This document shows, piece by piece, positions 1 to 7,883 of a stretch of 21,953 nt of DNA. The DNA is taken from the NCBI GenBank assembly GCA_964432405.1, contig CAYSNH010000006.1:1-21953 (forward strand), in the 5' to 3' direction. The stretch is from an uncultured Candidatus Saccharibacteria bacterium (GTDB lineage: Bacteria > Patescibacteriota > Minisyncoccia > UBA6257 > UBA11618). A model generated the notes under the pieces. It was given only the letters and a program-made list of their open reading frames with translations. It did no database searches and had not been told where the DNA came from. The number at the start of each line of letters is the position of its first letter. Position 1 is the first letter of the stretch. Position numbers and translations under genes: made by a program.

Positions 1-1431
1 GAGAAAATTGTGGTACAGGATGATCAGTTGATGAGTGATTATCTTGAAGGTAAAGAATGTGATTTTAATGTTTTAAAGAGAGTTTTGAGATAGGCGGTTT
101 TAGAGATTAAAATCATCCCTGTATTTTGTGGTACAGCCCTTAAGAACAAAGGAGTTCAATTGTTATTGGATGCGGTAATCGATTATTTGCCCTCACCATT
201 AGACTTGCCACCGGCAAAAGGGGTTAATCCTAACACTGATGAAGAGGAGGAGAGAGCTCCCAGTGATAGCGAGCCTTTGGCGGCTTTGGCTTTTAAGGTG
301 GCTACCGACCCTTTTGTGGGTGCTTTGACATTCTTTCGAGTGTACTCAGGTACTTTGAAGAAGGGTAGTTATATTATGAATGTTTCTAAGGGTAAGAAGG
401 AGCGGGTAGGACGGATCTTGCGGATGCATGCTGATCATAGAGAAGAGGTGGATGAAATGAGTGCGGGTGAGATTGGTGGTCTGGTGGGCTTGAAAGAAAC
501 TACAACCGGAGATACCTTATCTGATCCTGATAAGCCTATTATTTTAGAAAAAATCGATTTTCCTGAGCCAGTTATTGCTATTAGGGTAGAGCCGAAGAGT
601 AAGGCAGATCAGGAAAAAATGAGTATTGCTTTGAATAAGTTAGCGGAAGAAGATCCAACCTTTAAGGTGAGCGGTGATTCTGAAACTGGGGAAACCATTA
701 TTGCTGGTATGGGAGAGCTTCACTTAGATATTATTGTTGATCGAATGAAGCGAGAGTTTAATGTGGAGGCTAACGTTGGTCAGCCACAGGTTTCATACAG
801 AGAAACTATTACCAGCTCAACCGAGATTGAATCGAAATATATTCGCCAATCTGGTGGTCGTGGTCAGTATGGTCATGTTTGGCTTCGAGTAGAGCCATTA
901 GAAAAAGGTTCTGGTTTTGAGTTTGTTAATGATATTAAAGGAGGTGTTATTCCTCGAGAATATATTCCAGCTGTTGAAAAAGGTGTTCGTGAAGCGATGA
1001 ATCGAGGTGTTATCGCTCACTATCAGATGGTAGATATCAAAGTTACTTTATACGACGGTTCTTTCCACGAAGTGGACTCTTCTGAAGCGGCCTTCAAGAT
1101 TGCCGGTTCAATGGCTTTTCAGGATGGCGTAAAAAGATCTAATCCGGTTATCTTGGAACCGATTATGAAGGTTCAGATTATTATGCCAGAAGACTATCTT
1201 GGTGACATCACTGGCGACCTGAGTGCTAAGCGTGGTAGAATTGATTCCATGGAAGATCGAATGGGTATAAAGGTGGTTAACGCGATGGTGCCGCTATCCG
1301 AATTGTTTGGATACGCTACCAAGTTACGCTCTATGACACAGGGAAGAGGTTCCTTTACTATGGAGTTTGATCACTATGATCAGGTGCCAGGCAATATTGC
1401 TCAGGAGATTATCGAAGGAAAACGTAAATAA
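1..1431 (+). CDS. fusA: Elongation factor G, 5'-truncated by the window edge; frame interrupted by an in-frame TAG at 91-93
   Basis: Frame 1 from nt 1 reads [57 protein letters not shown]. It continues into ORF 160..1431 with EF-G domain II-V motifs ([27 protein letters not shown]). Stop TAA at 1429-1431. Confidence 0.9.
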
Positions 1432-1433
1432 TT

Positions 1434-1462
1434 AAGAAGTGTCCTCAGACACTTCTTTTTTT
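1434..1462 (+). terminator. Intrinsic terminator after fusA
   Basis: 10-bp stem aagaagtgtc / gacacttctt with loop ctca, followed by a T-run at 1458-1462. It starts 3 nt after the fusA stop. Confidence 0.75.
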
Positions 1463-1492
1463 ATAAGGTTCTTTGAAAATCGAAAGGAGTGG

Positions 1493-1693
1493 ATGATGGA
1501 TGACAAGGAGTGTGTAGAATGTGGAGCTATTCAGACAGAAGGTGTTATAACTACTTGCAGCGCTTGTGGCCGAGTAGTCTGTCCTGATGATTTCAGCGCG
1601 CACTTTTCTGAGTGTTGTAGTACGTCGGTTGATACTCGTCAACAATTACTTTTTAAACAAGAGGAAGGTGCAGAAGAAAAATTGTTATTCTGA
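1493..1693 (+). CDS. Small Cys-rich (CxxC..CxxC zinc-ribbon-like) hypothetical protein, about 66 aa
   Basis: AAGGAG at 1484-1489 lies 3-6 nt before the tandem ATGs at 1493 and 1496. Product is MMDDKECVECGAIQTEGVITTCSACGRVVCPDD... The ORF-track GTG start at 1439 lies inside the fusA terminator stem, so it was moved downstream. Stop is TGA. Confidence 0.55.
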   Translation: MMDDKECVECGAIQTEGVITTCSACGRVVCPDDFSAHFSECCSTSVDTRQQLLFKQEEGAEEKLLF

Positions 1694-1699
1694 AGTTTC

Positions 1700-1726
1700 A
1701 GCGGTTCCTTAGGGAGCCGCTTTTTA
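1700..1726 (+). terminator. Intrinsic terminator after the Cys-rich mini-gene
   Basis: 9-bp stem agcggttcc / ggagccgct (one G-U pair) with loop ttag, then TTTTT at 1721-1725. Confidence 0.65.
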
Positions 1727-1735
1727 TGTCATAAT
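1727..1735 (+). promoter_or_regulatory. Extended -10 element (TGtCATAAT) immediately upstream of the protease gene
   Basis: TG at 1727-1728 and CATAAT at 1730-1735. The ATG at 1743 is 7 nt after the hexamer. No SD is present. Confidence 0.4.
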
Positions 1736-1742
1736 AATAGTT

Positions 1743-2825
1743 ATGAAATCTATTGCGAGTGCGGTTATAGGCTTGCTACTACTCATCTTAATTATTAAGC
1801 TTGCCCCATCTAATGAGATGGTCTTTGAGCAGGTCGTTGTTGATCCAGAGGTGGTTGAGTCGAAGATTAATTCTGAAGAGGTGGTTGAGGAGCAGATTGA
1901 TCAACCAAAGATGATTTTGAATGCTATTGCTGAGCCATTGAAAAAGGCGGTTGAGATGATTGCAAAGCCAATATCTAAAAAAATAGAGGTGGTAGAGCCA
2001 TCAGTTCAGTTGCCAGTAGCGAGAGATATTGATTTGCAATCGGTCGTGGGTGTTTATTGTGATTTTAAAAAGGGGAGTGAAGTAGCTATTTCTCGAGGTT
2101 CAGGCGTTATTGTTAGTGCTGAAGGGCACGTTTTAACTAATCGACACGTGGTTGATTTAGATTTTAGTCAGCAGAAAGAAATGGGTTTTCAGGCTCAAGG
2201 CTGTCGTATTTACTTTACCGACCTTCCTAGAACTTTTTCTTCAGAACCTCAATGGGAATATCAGTTTTTTGATATTGAAACTACATCCATTAATCATGAT
2301 TTCTTAGCCGAGCCGATTTATTCACCTTCTGGAGCTGATGGCTTATCAGCAGATGAGGAGCGGGGTTTGGATTTTTCTTTATTGAAACTAAAGGAGTGGA
2401 ATGGTCATAAGTATTCGGGAGGAAGAATGATCCCTCAATTACATTACTCACCAGTATTGGCTAATAATATTTCTCAAGACGAGAAGGTGGTGATGCCAGG
2501 TTTTTCTTTTCAGCAGATAGGATCGAGATCTTTTGAGACCTTAAGATTATTAACTTTAACAGGAAAGATAACCAAGGTTTTTTCTGGTGATCAGAGGTTT
2601 AAAGAGAAGCCGATTGCTTTTGAAATTAAATTTACCCACCCTTATTTTTATCCTGGTCATTCCGGTTCACCTATTTTTTGGCGAGGTTATGTAATTGGCT
2701 TAGTGACTCGTAAGGGGAGATCGGGGAGTAATCAGGTCTTTTATTCTCCTCATGTAGCGATTGATGGTATAGGAGCTTTATTAAAAGAAAAAGGCCTGCT
2801 TCATAGCATTCAGGGGTTTAGGTAA
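1743..2825 (+). CDS. Membrane-anchored trypsin-like (S1/Trypsin_2-type) serine protease
   Basis: N-terminal hydrophobic anchor AVIGLLLLILIIKL. His motif GSGVIVSAEGHVLTNRHVV, Asp motif LDFSLLKL and Ser motif PGHSGSPIF appear in the canonical H-D-S order. Confidence 0.8.
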   Translation: MKSIASAVIGLLLLILIIKLAPSNEMVFEQVVVDPEVVESKINSEEVVEEQIDQPKMILNAIAEPLKKAVEMIAKPISKKIEVVEPSVQLPVARDIDLQSVVGVYCDFKKGSEVAISRGSGVIVSAEGHVLTNRHVVDLDFSQQKEMGFQAQGCRIYFTDLPRTFSSEPQWEYQFFDIETTSINHDFLAEPIYSPSGADGLSADEERGLDFSLLKLKEWNGHKYSGGRMIPQLHYSPVLANNISQDEKVVMPGFSFQQIGSRSFETLRLLTLTGKITKVFSGDQRFKEKPIAFEIKFTHPYFYPGHSGSPIFWRGYVIGLVTRKGRSGSNQVFYSPHVAIDGIGALLKEKGLLHSIQGFR

Positions 2826-2831
2826 TAAAAA

Positions 2832-2857
2832 CCCCCCGAGAAATTAATCTCGGGGGG
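2832..2857 (-). terminator. GC-rich hairpin terminator shared by convergent genes (U-tract on the minus-strand transcript)
   Basis: 10-bp stem ccccccgaga / tctcgggggg with loop aattaa. The plus-strand A5 run at 2827-2831 gives a U-tract for the minus-strand transcript of 2883..3542. Confidence 0.7.
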
Positions 2858-2869
2858 CGAGGCTACCCA

Positions 2870-2886
2870 TTAACCACATTGGTTAA
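2870..2886. repeat. 7-bp inverted repeat overlapping the stop codon of the minus-strand ORF
   Basis: ttaacca-cat-tggttaa. The stop codon (plus-strand tta at 2883-2885) lies in the right arm. Confidence 0.6.
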
Positions 2887-3542
2887 CGGTACGCGAGGCT
2901 TTTGACGTAGATTCCCCAGCGGTTGCTGAGGAGACATGGTCGGTAGAAGCCGTAGGAGACATTGATGACGTTCTTACAACGAAGCGTTGGTCTCCAAAAA
3001 GTATCGTGAGAATACTTCTTGCGACACAGGTCGGTCATCATGCACTCTACCCTTTTGGGATAGAGGTGGTAGATGGGACCAGTGACTTCGATGTCGTGTT
3101 GACAGAGGATCCGCTTGCTTTGCTCGTAGCCGGAGTTAACAGGCTGGAGCTCTACTTTGGTTCGCGGATCATCTTTCACGACCTCTAGAACAAATCCTCG
3201 TCGAGGAGGGAAGGTGGTGATCGTGACCGGAGTTACGACCAACAGATCTCCATCCTTGTTGGTTGTCGCAACGACGATTCCCATGGAATCAATCATTTTG
3301 TGAAAGTCTTGGGCGCACATCTGACTTGGATAGTAGATGCATCGCACAGGACCTTTCACCACATTCGGATGGGGCCGCTCTTTTGAAGAAGCAGTCAACA
3401 TCGGTCGTGTTGATGAATTGATGGGGAGCAGATCGTTGCTTGCCACCTTCGCCTCCGAGGTGAAGGTGGTCAACAAGCTATCTTGAGCGATAGCTGTTGA
3501 ACCGCAGAAAAACATCATCAAAATCAGTGAAATTCTTTTCAT
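2883..3542 (-). CDS. Secreted Cys-rich hypothetical protein (219 aa) with atypical GC-rich composition
   Basis: Signal-peptide-like N-terminus MKRISLILMMFFCGSTAIA/QD. AAGGAG (plus 3549-3554) lies 6 nt before the ATG. There are 7 Cys in the mature part. C/G-ending codons dominate, unlike the neighbours. I recognise no family. Confidence 0.75.
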   Translation of the reverse strand: MKRISLILMMFFCGSTAIAQDSLLTTFTSEAKVASNDLLPINSSTRPMLTASSKERPHPNVVKGPVRCIYYPSQMCAQDFHKMIDSMGIVVATTNKDGDLLVVTPVTITTFPPRRGFVLEVVKDDPRTKVELQPVNSGYEQSKRILCQHDIEVTGPIYHLYPKRVECMMTDLCRKKYSHDTFWRPTLRCKNVINVSYGFYRPCLLSNRWGIYVKSLAYR

Positions 3543-3587
3543 TCAGGTCTCCTTTTTCCCAAAATTGTTAACGAACAACTGGCTTAT

Positions 3588-3616
3588 ATAATATAGGAAG
3601 TTGATTAATTTGTCAA
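3588..3616 (-). promoter_or_regulatory. Sigma70-type promoter for ORF 2883..3542
   Basis: The minus strand reads TTGACA (plus 3611-3616), a 17-nt spacer, then TATTAT (plus 3588-3593). Confidence 0.6.
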
Positions 3617-3642
3617 CTGTACGTTTTAGTTAATATTATCTA

Positions 3643-3672
3643 TTGACAAATAATGGTAAATATTTGTATACT
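3643..3672 (+). promoter_or_regulatory. Sigma70-type promoter for tuf and downstream genes
   Basis: TTGACA at 3643-3648, an 18-nt spacer, then TATACT at 3667-3672. It sits back-to-back with the minus-strand promoter, 26 bp between the -35 boxes. Confidence 0.55.
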
Positions 3673-3743
3673 CCTTAATACCATTGTTTAAAAATCACGT
3701 CGAGATCAATTACAAAAATAACTAAGCTAAGTTTTTAATTAAA

Positions 3744-4943
3744 ATGGCAGAAAAAGCAAAATTTGAAAGAAATAAGCCTCACGTTAACGTGGGTACTATT
3801 GGTCACGTTGACCACGGTAAAAGTACTTTAACTGCGGCTATTACCAATGTCCTACATCTTAAAGGTAACATTGAAAAGTCTGTTAAGGTTGAAGACCTTG
3901 ATAAGGCTCCTGAAGAAAAAGCTCGAGGTATTACAATCTCCATCGCTCACTCTGAGTATGAGTCTGACAAACGTCACTATGCTCATATTGATGCTCCTGG
4001 TCACGCCGACTACATCAAAAACATGATTACCGGTGCGGCTCAGATGGATGGTGCTATTTTGGTGGTTTCCGCTACTGACGGCCCAATGCCTCAAACTAGA
4101 GAACACATTCTATTAGCTCGTCAGGTGGGCGTGCCTTCTATTATTGTTTTCTTGAACAAGTGTGATCAGGTTGATGATCCTGAAATGATTGACTTGGTTG
4201 AGTCTGAAGTTAGAGAGTTATTGAGTAAATATGAGTTTCCTGGTGATGAAGTGCCAGTTATTCGTGGTTCTGCTCTTAAAGCTTTAGAAGCTACCAGTGC
4301 CGATGATGAGGTTGCTAAGCCTATTTTAGACTTGGTTTCTGCTCTAGATGAATACATTCCAGAGCCAGTTAGAGACATTGAAAAGCCATTCTTGATGCCA
4401 ATTGAGGACATCTTCTCTATTGAGGGTCGAGGTACTGTGGTTACCGGTCGTATTGAACGAGGAATTATTAACGTTAACGAAGAGATTGATATCGTTGGCA
4501 TTAGACCAACAACTAAGACAACCGTTACTGGCGTCGAGATGTTCAACAAGTTACTTGATCAAGGTCAAGCGGGTGATAACGTTGGTATTCTTTTGAGAGG
4601 TACTAAAAAAGAAGACGTTGAAAGAGGTCAGGTCTTGGTTAAACCAGGTTCTGTTACTCCTCACACTGAATTTGAAGCTGAGATTTATGTTCTAGGAAAG
4701 GAGGAAGGTGGACGACACACTCCATTCTTTAAGGGATATAAGCCTCAATTCTACATCCGAACTACCGACGTTACTGGTGAAGCTATCTTGCCAGAAGGTA
4801 TGGAGATGGTTATGCCAGGTGATACTGTTACAATTAACGTTAAGTTAATCTCACCAATTGCTTTGGAAGAAAAACAGCGTTTCGCTATCCGTGAAGGTGG
4901 TCGAACTGTCGGTGCTGGTGTAGTTACAGCAATCACTAAGTAA
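3744..4943 (+). CDS. tuf: Elongation factor Tu
   Basis: [17 protein letters not shown] and NKCD GTPase motifs. Full-length 399 aa. Confidence 0.98.
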   Translation: MAEKAKFERNKPHVNVGTIGHVDHGKSTLTAAITNVLHLKGNIEKSVKVEDLDKAPEEKARGITISIAHSEYESDKRHYAHIDAPGHADYIKNMITGAAQMDGAILVVSATDGPMPQTREHILLARQVGVPSIIVFLNKCDQVDDPEMIDLVESEVRELLSKYEFPGDEVPVIRGSALKALEATSADDEVAKPILDLVSALDEYIPEPVRDIEKPFLMPIEDIFSIEGRGTVVTGRIERGIINVNEEIDIVGIRPTTKTTVTGVEMFNKLLDQGQAGDNVGILLRGTKKEDVERGQVLVKPGSVTPHTEFEAEIYVLGKEEGGRHTPFFKGYKPQFYIRTTDVTGEAILPEGMEMVMPGDTVTINVKLISPIALEEKQRFAIREGGRTVGAGVVTAITK

Positions 4944-4971
4944 AAGAAGTAAGAAATCAGTAAATTAACAC

Positions 4972-5298
4972 ATGGCTAAAAAAAGCCAAGAAGAAAATAA
5001 ATTACGTTTGCGAGTTAAAGCCTATGACACCAAGCTGATCGATAACTCTTGTCGACAGATAGTAGATGTGGTTAAGCGGCATGATGCTGAGGTAGTGGGA
5101 CCGATTCCATTACCTACCGAGAAGCACAAGTATACCGTTAATCGCTCCACTTTCGTTCACAAGACCTCTAGAGATCAATTTGAACTTAGGGTTCACAAGC
5201 GTTTAATAGATATCCTCAGTCCGGGCCAGTCCTTGATTGAGGCGCTATCCAACCTAAATCTACCGTCTGGTGTTGATATCGAGATTAAAATGATTTAA
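4972..5298 (+). CDS. rpsJ: 30S ribosomal protein S10
   Basis: KLRLRVKAYD...LIDILSP pattern, and its position directly after tuf. Confidence 0.95.
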   Translation: MAKKSQEENKLRLRVKAYDTKLIDNSCRQIVDVVKRHDAEVVGPIPLPTEKHKYTVNRSTFVHKTSRDQFELRVHKRLIDILSPGQSLIEALSNLNLPSGVDIEIKMI

Positions 5299-5330
5299 GA
5301 TAGCGAAGACGAGATTTAGCCATGAAATAC

Positions 5331-5370
5331 AACAAAACACTCGGCTAAGTCCGAGTGTTTTGTTTATCGC
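5331..5370 (+). terminator. Hairpin terminator/attenuator between rpsJ and rplC
   Basis: Perfect 14-bp stem aacaaaacactcgg / ccgagtgttttgtt with loop ctaagt. The GC core cactcgg/ccgagtg is followed by ttttgtttat. The stem ends 11 nt before the rplC ATG. Confidence 0.6.
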
Positions 5371-5374
5371 ATTT

Positions 5375-5800
5375 ATGACCAAATTAATTGCTCAAAAAAT
5401 AAGAATGACTCAGATTTTTAAGGACGATATTGTCGTGCCGGTTTCTGTTATTCAATTTGCAGCTGATAGTGACCTATCAGGCATTGAAGAAGGAAAGAAG
5501 GTGCGAGTCGTTGGCGTCTCTAAGGGTAAGGGTTTTCAAGGAGTAGTTAAGCGATACGGTTTTCGCGGTGGTCCAAAAAGTCATGGTCAAAAACACAGTC
5601 ATCGAGCGCCAGGTTCTATTGGTAGCACTACTCCTCAAAGAGTTTTGCCCGGTAAGAAGATGGCCGGTAGAATGGGAAGCGATAGAATCACTCTCAAGGG
5701 TTTGAAGGTGGTTGAGATCGATAATGATAAAAAGACTGTCTTGTTAAAAGGTTCGGTGCCGGGTAATAACGGTGGTCGGTTAGAAGTTGTAGTTAATTAA
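5375..5800 (+). CDS. rplC: 50S ribosomal protein L3, unusually short (141 aa)
   Basis: KIRMTQIF, SKGKGFQGVVKR, HRAPGSIG and GKKMAGRMG motifs. I chose the ATG at 5375 over the ORF-track TTG at 5360, which lies inside the hairpin. Confidence 0.9.
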   Translation: MTKLIAQKIRMTQIFKDDIVVPVSVIQFAADSDLSGIEEGKKVRVVGVSKGKGFQGVVKRYGFRGGPKSHGQKHSHRAPGSIGSTTPQRVLPGKKMAGRMGSDRITLKGLKVVEIDNDKKTVLLKGSVPGNNGGRLEVVVN

Positions 5801-5802
5801 TC

Positions 5803-6411
5803 ATGAAAGTTAAGATATACAATTGGAAAAATGAAGCGACCGGAGATATCGAATTATCAAAAGATATCTTTTCGCGAGCTTGGAATGCAGACCTTGTTCA
5901 TCAAGTGCTGGTTTCTAAAGACGCTAACCGACGTCATCCTTGGTCTCACGCTAAAGAAAGAGGTGAAGTTAAGGGTGGTGGTAAGAAGCCTTGGCGACAA
6001 AAAGGAACTGGTCGAGCGCGACATGGTTCTATCCGATCCCCACTCTGGAAGGGTGGAGGTGTAACTTTTGGTCCTAGTAAGGATCGTAACTACACTAAGA
6101 AGATCAATAAAAAGATGCTTAAAGCAGCTCTTTATTGTGCTTTATCTAGAAAATTAGCTGATGGTGAGTTGAAGATTATGGAGAGTTTAAAAACTAAAAC
6201 TCCTAAAACCAAAGAATTGGCTAATAATCTGAAAAGCTTAAAAAGTACCAACACTTTGTTAATAGCTTCGGTAGATAACGCTAATATTAATAGAGCGTGT
6301 TCTAATATTCCAAAAACCAAGTGTTTACGAGCCGACACCTTAAATATTACCGACATTCTTAAATACAAGAACGTTTTAATTGATAAGGAAGCGGTAAGTG
6401 TTATTAAGTAA
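5803..6411 (+). CDS. rplD: 50S ribosomal protein L4
   Basis: GGGKKPWRQKGTGRARHGSIRSPLWKGGG motif and S10-operon order. Confidence 0.95.
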   Translation: MKVKIYNWKNEATGDIELSKDIFSRAWNADLVHQVLVSKDANRRHPWSHAKERGEVKGGGKKPWRQKGTGRARHGSIRSPLWKGGGVTFGPSKDRNYTKKINKKMLKAALYCALSRKLADGELKIMESLKTKTPKTKELANNLKSLKSTNTLLIASVDNANINRACSNIPKTKCLRADTLNITDILKYKNVLIDKEAVSVIK

Positions 6412-6413
6412 AT

Positions 6414-6692
6414 ATGAATAAATTCTTAGTCAAAAACCCATTAATAACCGAGAAAGGTACCGATCTAAGTGCTTTAGGCAAGTATCTGTTTTTGGTTGAT
6501 AAAAAAGCAACTAAGAATGAGATTAGAAAGATTATCAATAAAGAGTATAAGGTAACAGTGACTAAGGTTAATATAATTAACACTAAGCCAAAACCACGTC
6601 GCTTAGGTCGAACTCAAGGAGTTAGGCCGGGTTATAAAAAAGCGATCGTTACCTTAGCCGAGGGTCAAAAGCTTGATGTTGTACCACAATAA
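6414..6692 (+). CDS. rplW: 50S ribosomal protein L23
   Basis: PLITEKGT..YLFLVDKKATKNEIRK pattern and operon order. Confidence 0.93.
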   Translation: MNKFLVKNPLITEKGTDLSALGKYLFLVDKKATKNEIRKIINKEYKVTVTKVNIINTKPKPRRLGRTQGVRPGYKKAIVTLAEGQKLDVVPQ

Positions 6693-6694
6693 CC

Positions 6695-7534
6695 ATGATT
6701 AAAAGATATAAGCCGACAACTCCATCAAGACGACACATGACAACGGTAGATTATTCTATCTTGTCAGATGTTAAGCCTTTCAAAGGTTTATTAAAGCGTT
6801 TTAAAAATAGAGCTGGTAGGAATAACCAGGGACGCATTACAGTTCGTCACCAAGGTGGAGGAAATAAGAAGTTATACCGGGTTATTGATTTTAAGCAGGA
6901 TCGTTTTGATATTCCAGCTAAAGTAGAGACTTTGGAGTACGATCCTTATAGAACTGCTTTTGTGGCTCTCATCTTATATAAAGATGGTCGGCGTAGTTAT
7001 ATTGTAGCGCCTAAAGATATGAAGGTGGGTGATGAGATAGTAACTTCTGAGAAAGCTCCTATTAAAGTTGGAAATCGTTTACCTTTGAAAAACATCCCTA
7101 TCGGCTACCAGGTTCATAATGTAGAGATTCAGCGTGGAGCGGGTGGTAAGTTGGCTCGTTCAGCTGGTTCCTCAGTTCAGGTTTTGGCTCATGAGGGCGG
7201 ATACACCAATATAAAGATGGCTTCTCGAGAAATTAGAAAGGTTTCTTGGAATAGTCTCGCTACCATTGGCCAGGTTTCTAATCAGGAGTGGTTCTTGATT
7301 AATATTGGTAAGGCGGGTCGTAATCGTTGGCTGGGTATCCGACCAACTGTTAGAGGTTCAGCGATGAACGCCGTTGATCACCCTTATGGTGGTGGTGAAG
7401 GTCGACAGCCCCGAGGTACTCGACGACCGAAGGATAAATGGGGTAATGTTACTGGTGGTCGTAAGACACGACGTAAGAAGAAGTATTCTAATCACTTAAT
7501 TGTGAAGCGTCGAGCTAAGAAATCTAGAAAATAA
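6695..7534 (+). CDS. rplB: 50S ribosomal protein L2
   Basis: [19 protein letters not shown] and [13 protein letters not shown] motifs. Confidence 0.97.
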   Translation: MIKRYKPTTPSRRHMTTVDYSILSDVKPFKGLLKRFKNRAGRNNQGRITVRHQGGGNKKLYRVIDFKQDRFDIPAKVETLEYDPYRTAFVALILYKDGRRSYIVAPKDMKVGDEIVTSEKAPIKVGNRLPLKNIPIGYQVHNVEIQRGAGGKLARSAGSSVQVLAHEGGYTNIKMASREIRKVSWNSLATIGQVSNQEWFLINIGKAGRNRWLGIRPTVRGSAMNAVDHPYGGGEGRQPRGTRRPKDKWGNVTGGRKTRRKKKYSNHLIVKRRAKKSRK

Positions 7535-7542
7535 ATAAAAAT

Positions 7543-7872
7543 ATGAGTAGAAGTTCAAAAAAAGGTCCATACGTTGATCAAAAATTATTAAAGAAGCTTT
7601 CCAAGGTGGAAAAGAATGGCAAGGATGTAGTTAAAACCTGGTCACGAGCTTCAGAGATCTCTCCAGAAATGGTGGGGTATAAGATTGGCGTTCATAATGG
7701 TCGACACTTTATCGAAGTGATGATCAAGGAAGAAATGGTAGGTCACCGTTTAGGTGAGTTTTCTCCTACCCGAACTTTTGCTAAGCATGGTGGTAAGATG
7801 CAGAAAGAGATGGAAATGAGATCCGCTCAGGCTGCTCGTGATGCTGCTAAGAAAGAAAAAGCAGCTAGTTAA
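7543..7872 (+). CDS. rpsS: 30S ribosomal protein S19 (about 17-aa C-terminal tail)
   Basis: [18 protein letters not shown] and [13 protein letters not shown] motifs. Confidence 0.96.
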   Translation: MSRSSKKGPYVDQKLLKKLSKVEKNGKDVVKTWSRASEISPEMVGYKIGVHNGRHFIEVMIKEEMVGHRLGEFSPTRTFAKHGGKMQKEMEMRSAQAARDAAKKEKAAS

Positions 7873-7883
7873 TAAACAAAAAT

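Noticed and set aside
91-93. Genome-wide reassignment of TAG to a sense codon
   Set aside because: TAG ends rplV, rpsH, rplF, lysS and ORF 12153..12440 at positions that match normal family lengths and the next gene's start. Only the single fusA site is anomalous, and it is kept as a finding.
1439-1492. ORF-track GTG start at 1439 for the Cys-rich mini-protein (and the antisense ORF 1445..1645)
   Set aside because: The first 18 codons would be translated from the fusA terminator stem and T-tract. AAGGAG at 1484-1489 points to the ATGs at 1493/1496 instead.
2826-3640. Calling the GC-rich cassettes mobile elements
   Set aside because: I could find no transposase, integrase, terminal inverted repeats or target-site duplication. 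Foreign composition alone does not justify a mobile_element feature.
4166-4549. 127-aa minus-strand ORF inside tuf (also 3852..4106, 4751..4936 and the plus-strand alternate-frame ORF 4402..4596)
   Set aside because: These lie within or antisense to a highly conserved gene. They have low-complexity Ser/Thr/Ile-rich translations and no start signals, so they are shadow ORFs.
5831-6064. 77-aa alternative-frame plus-strand ORF inside rplD (similar cases: 12962..13144, 16876..17076, 3006..3188)
   Set aside because: These are out-of-frame overlaps with well-supported genes and have no independent signals.
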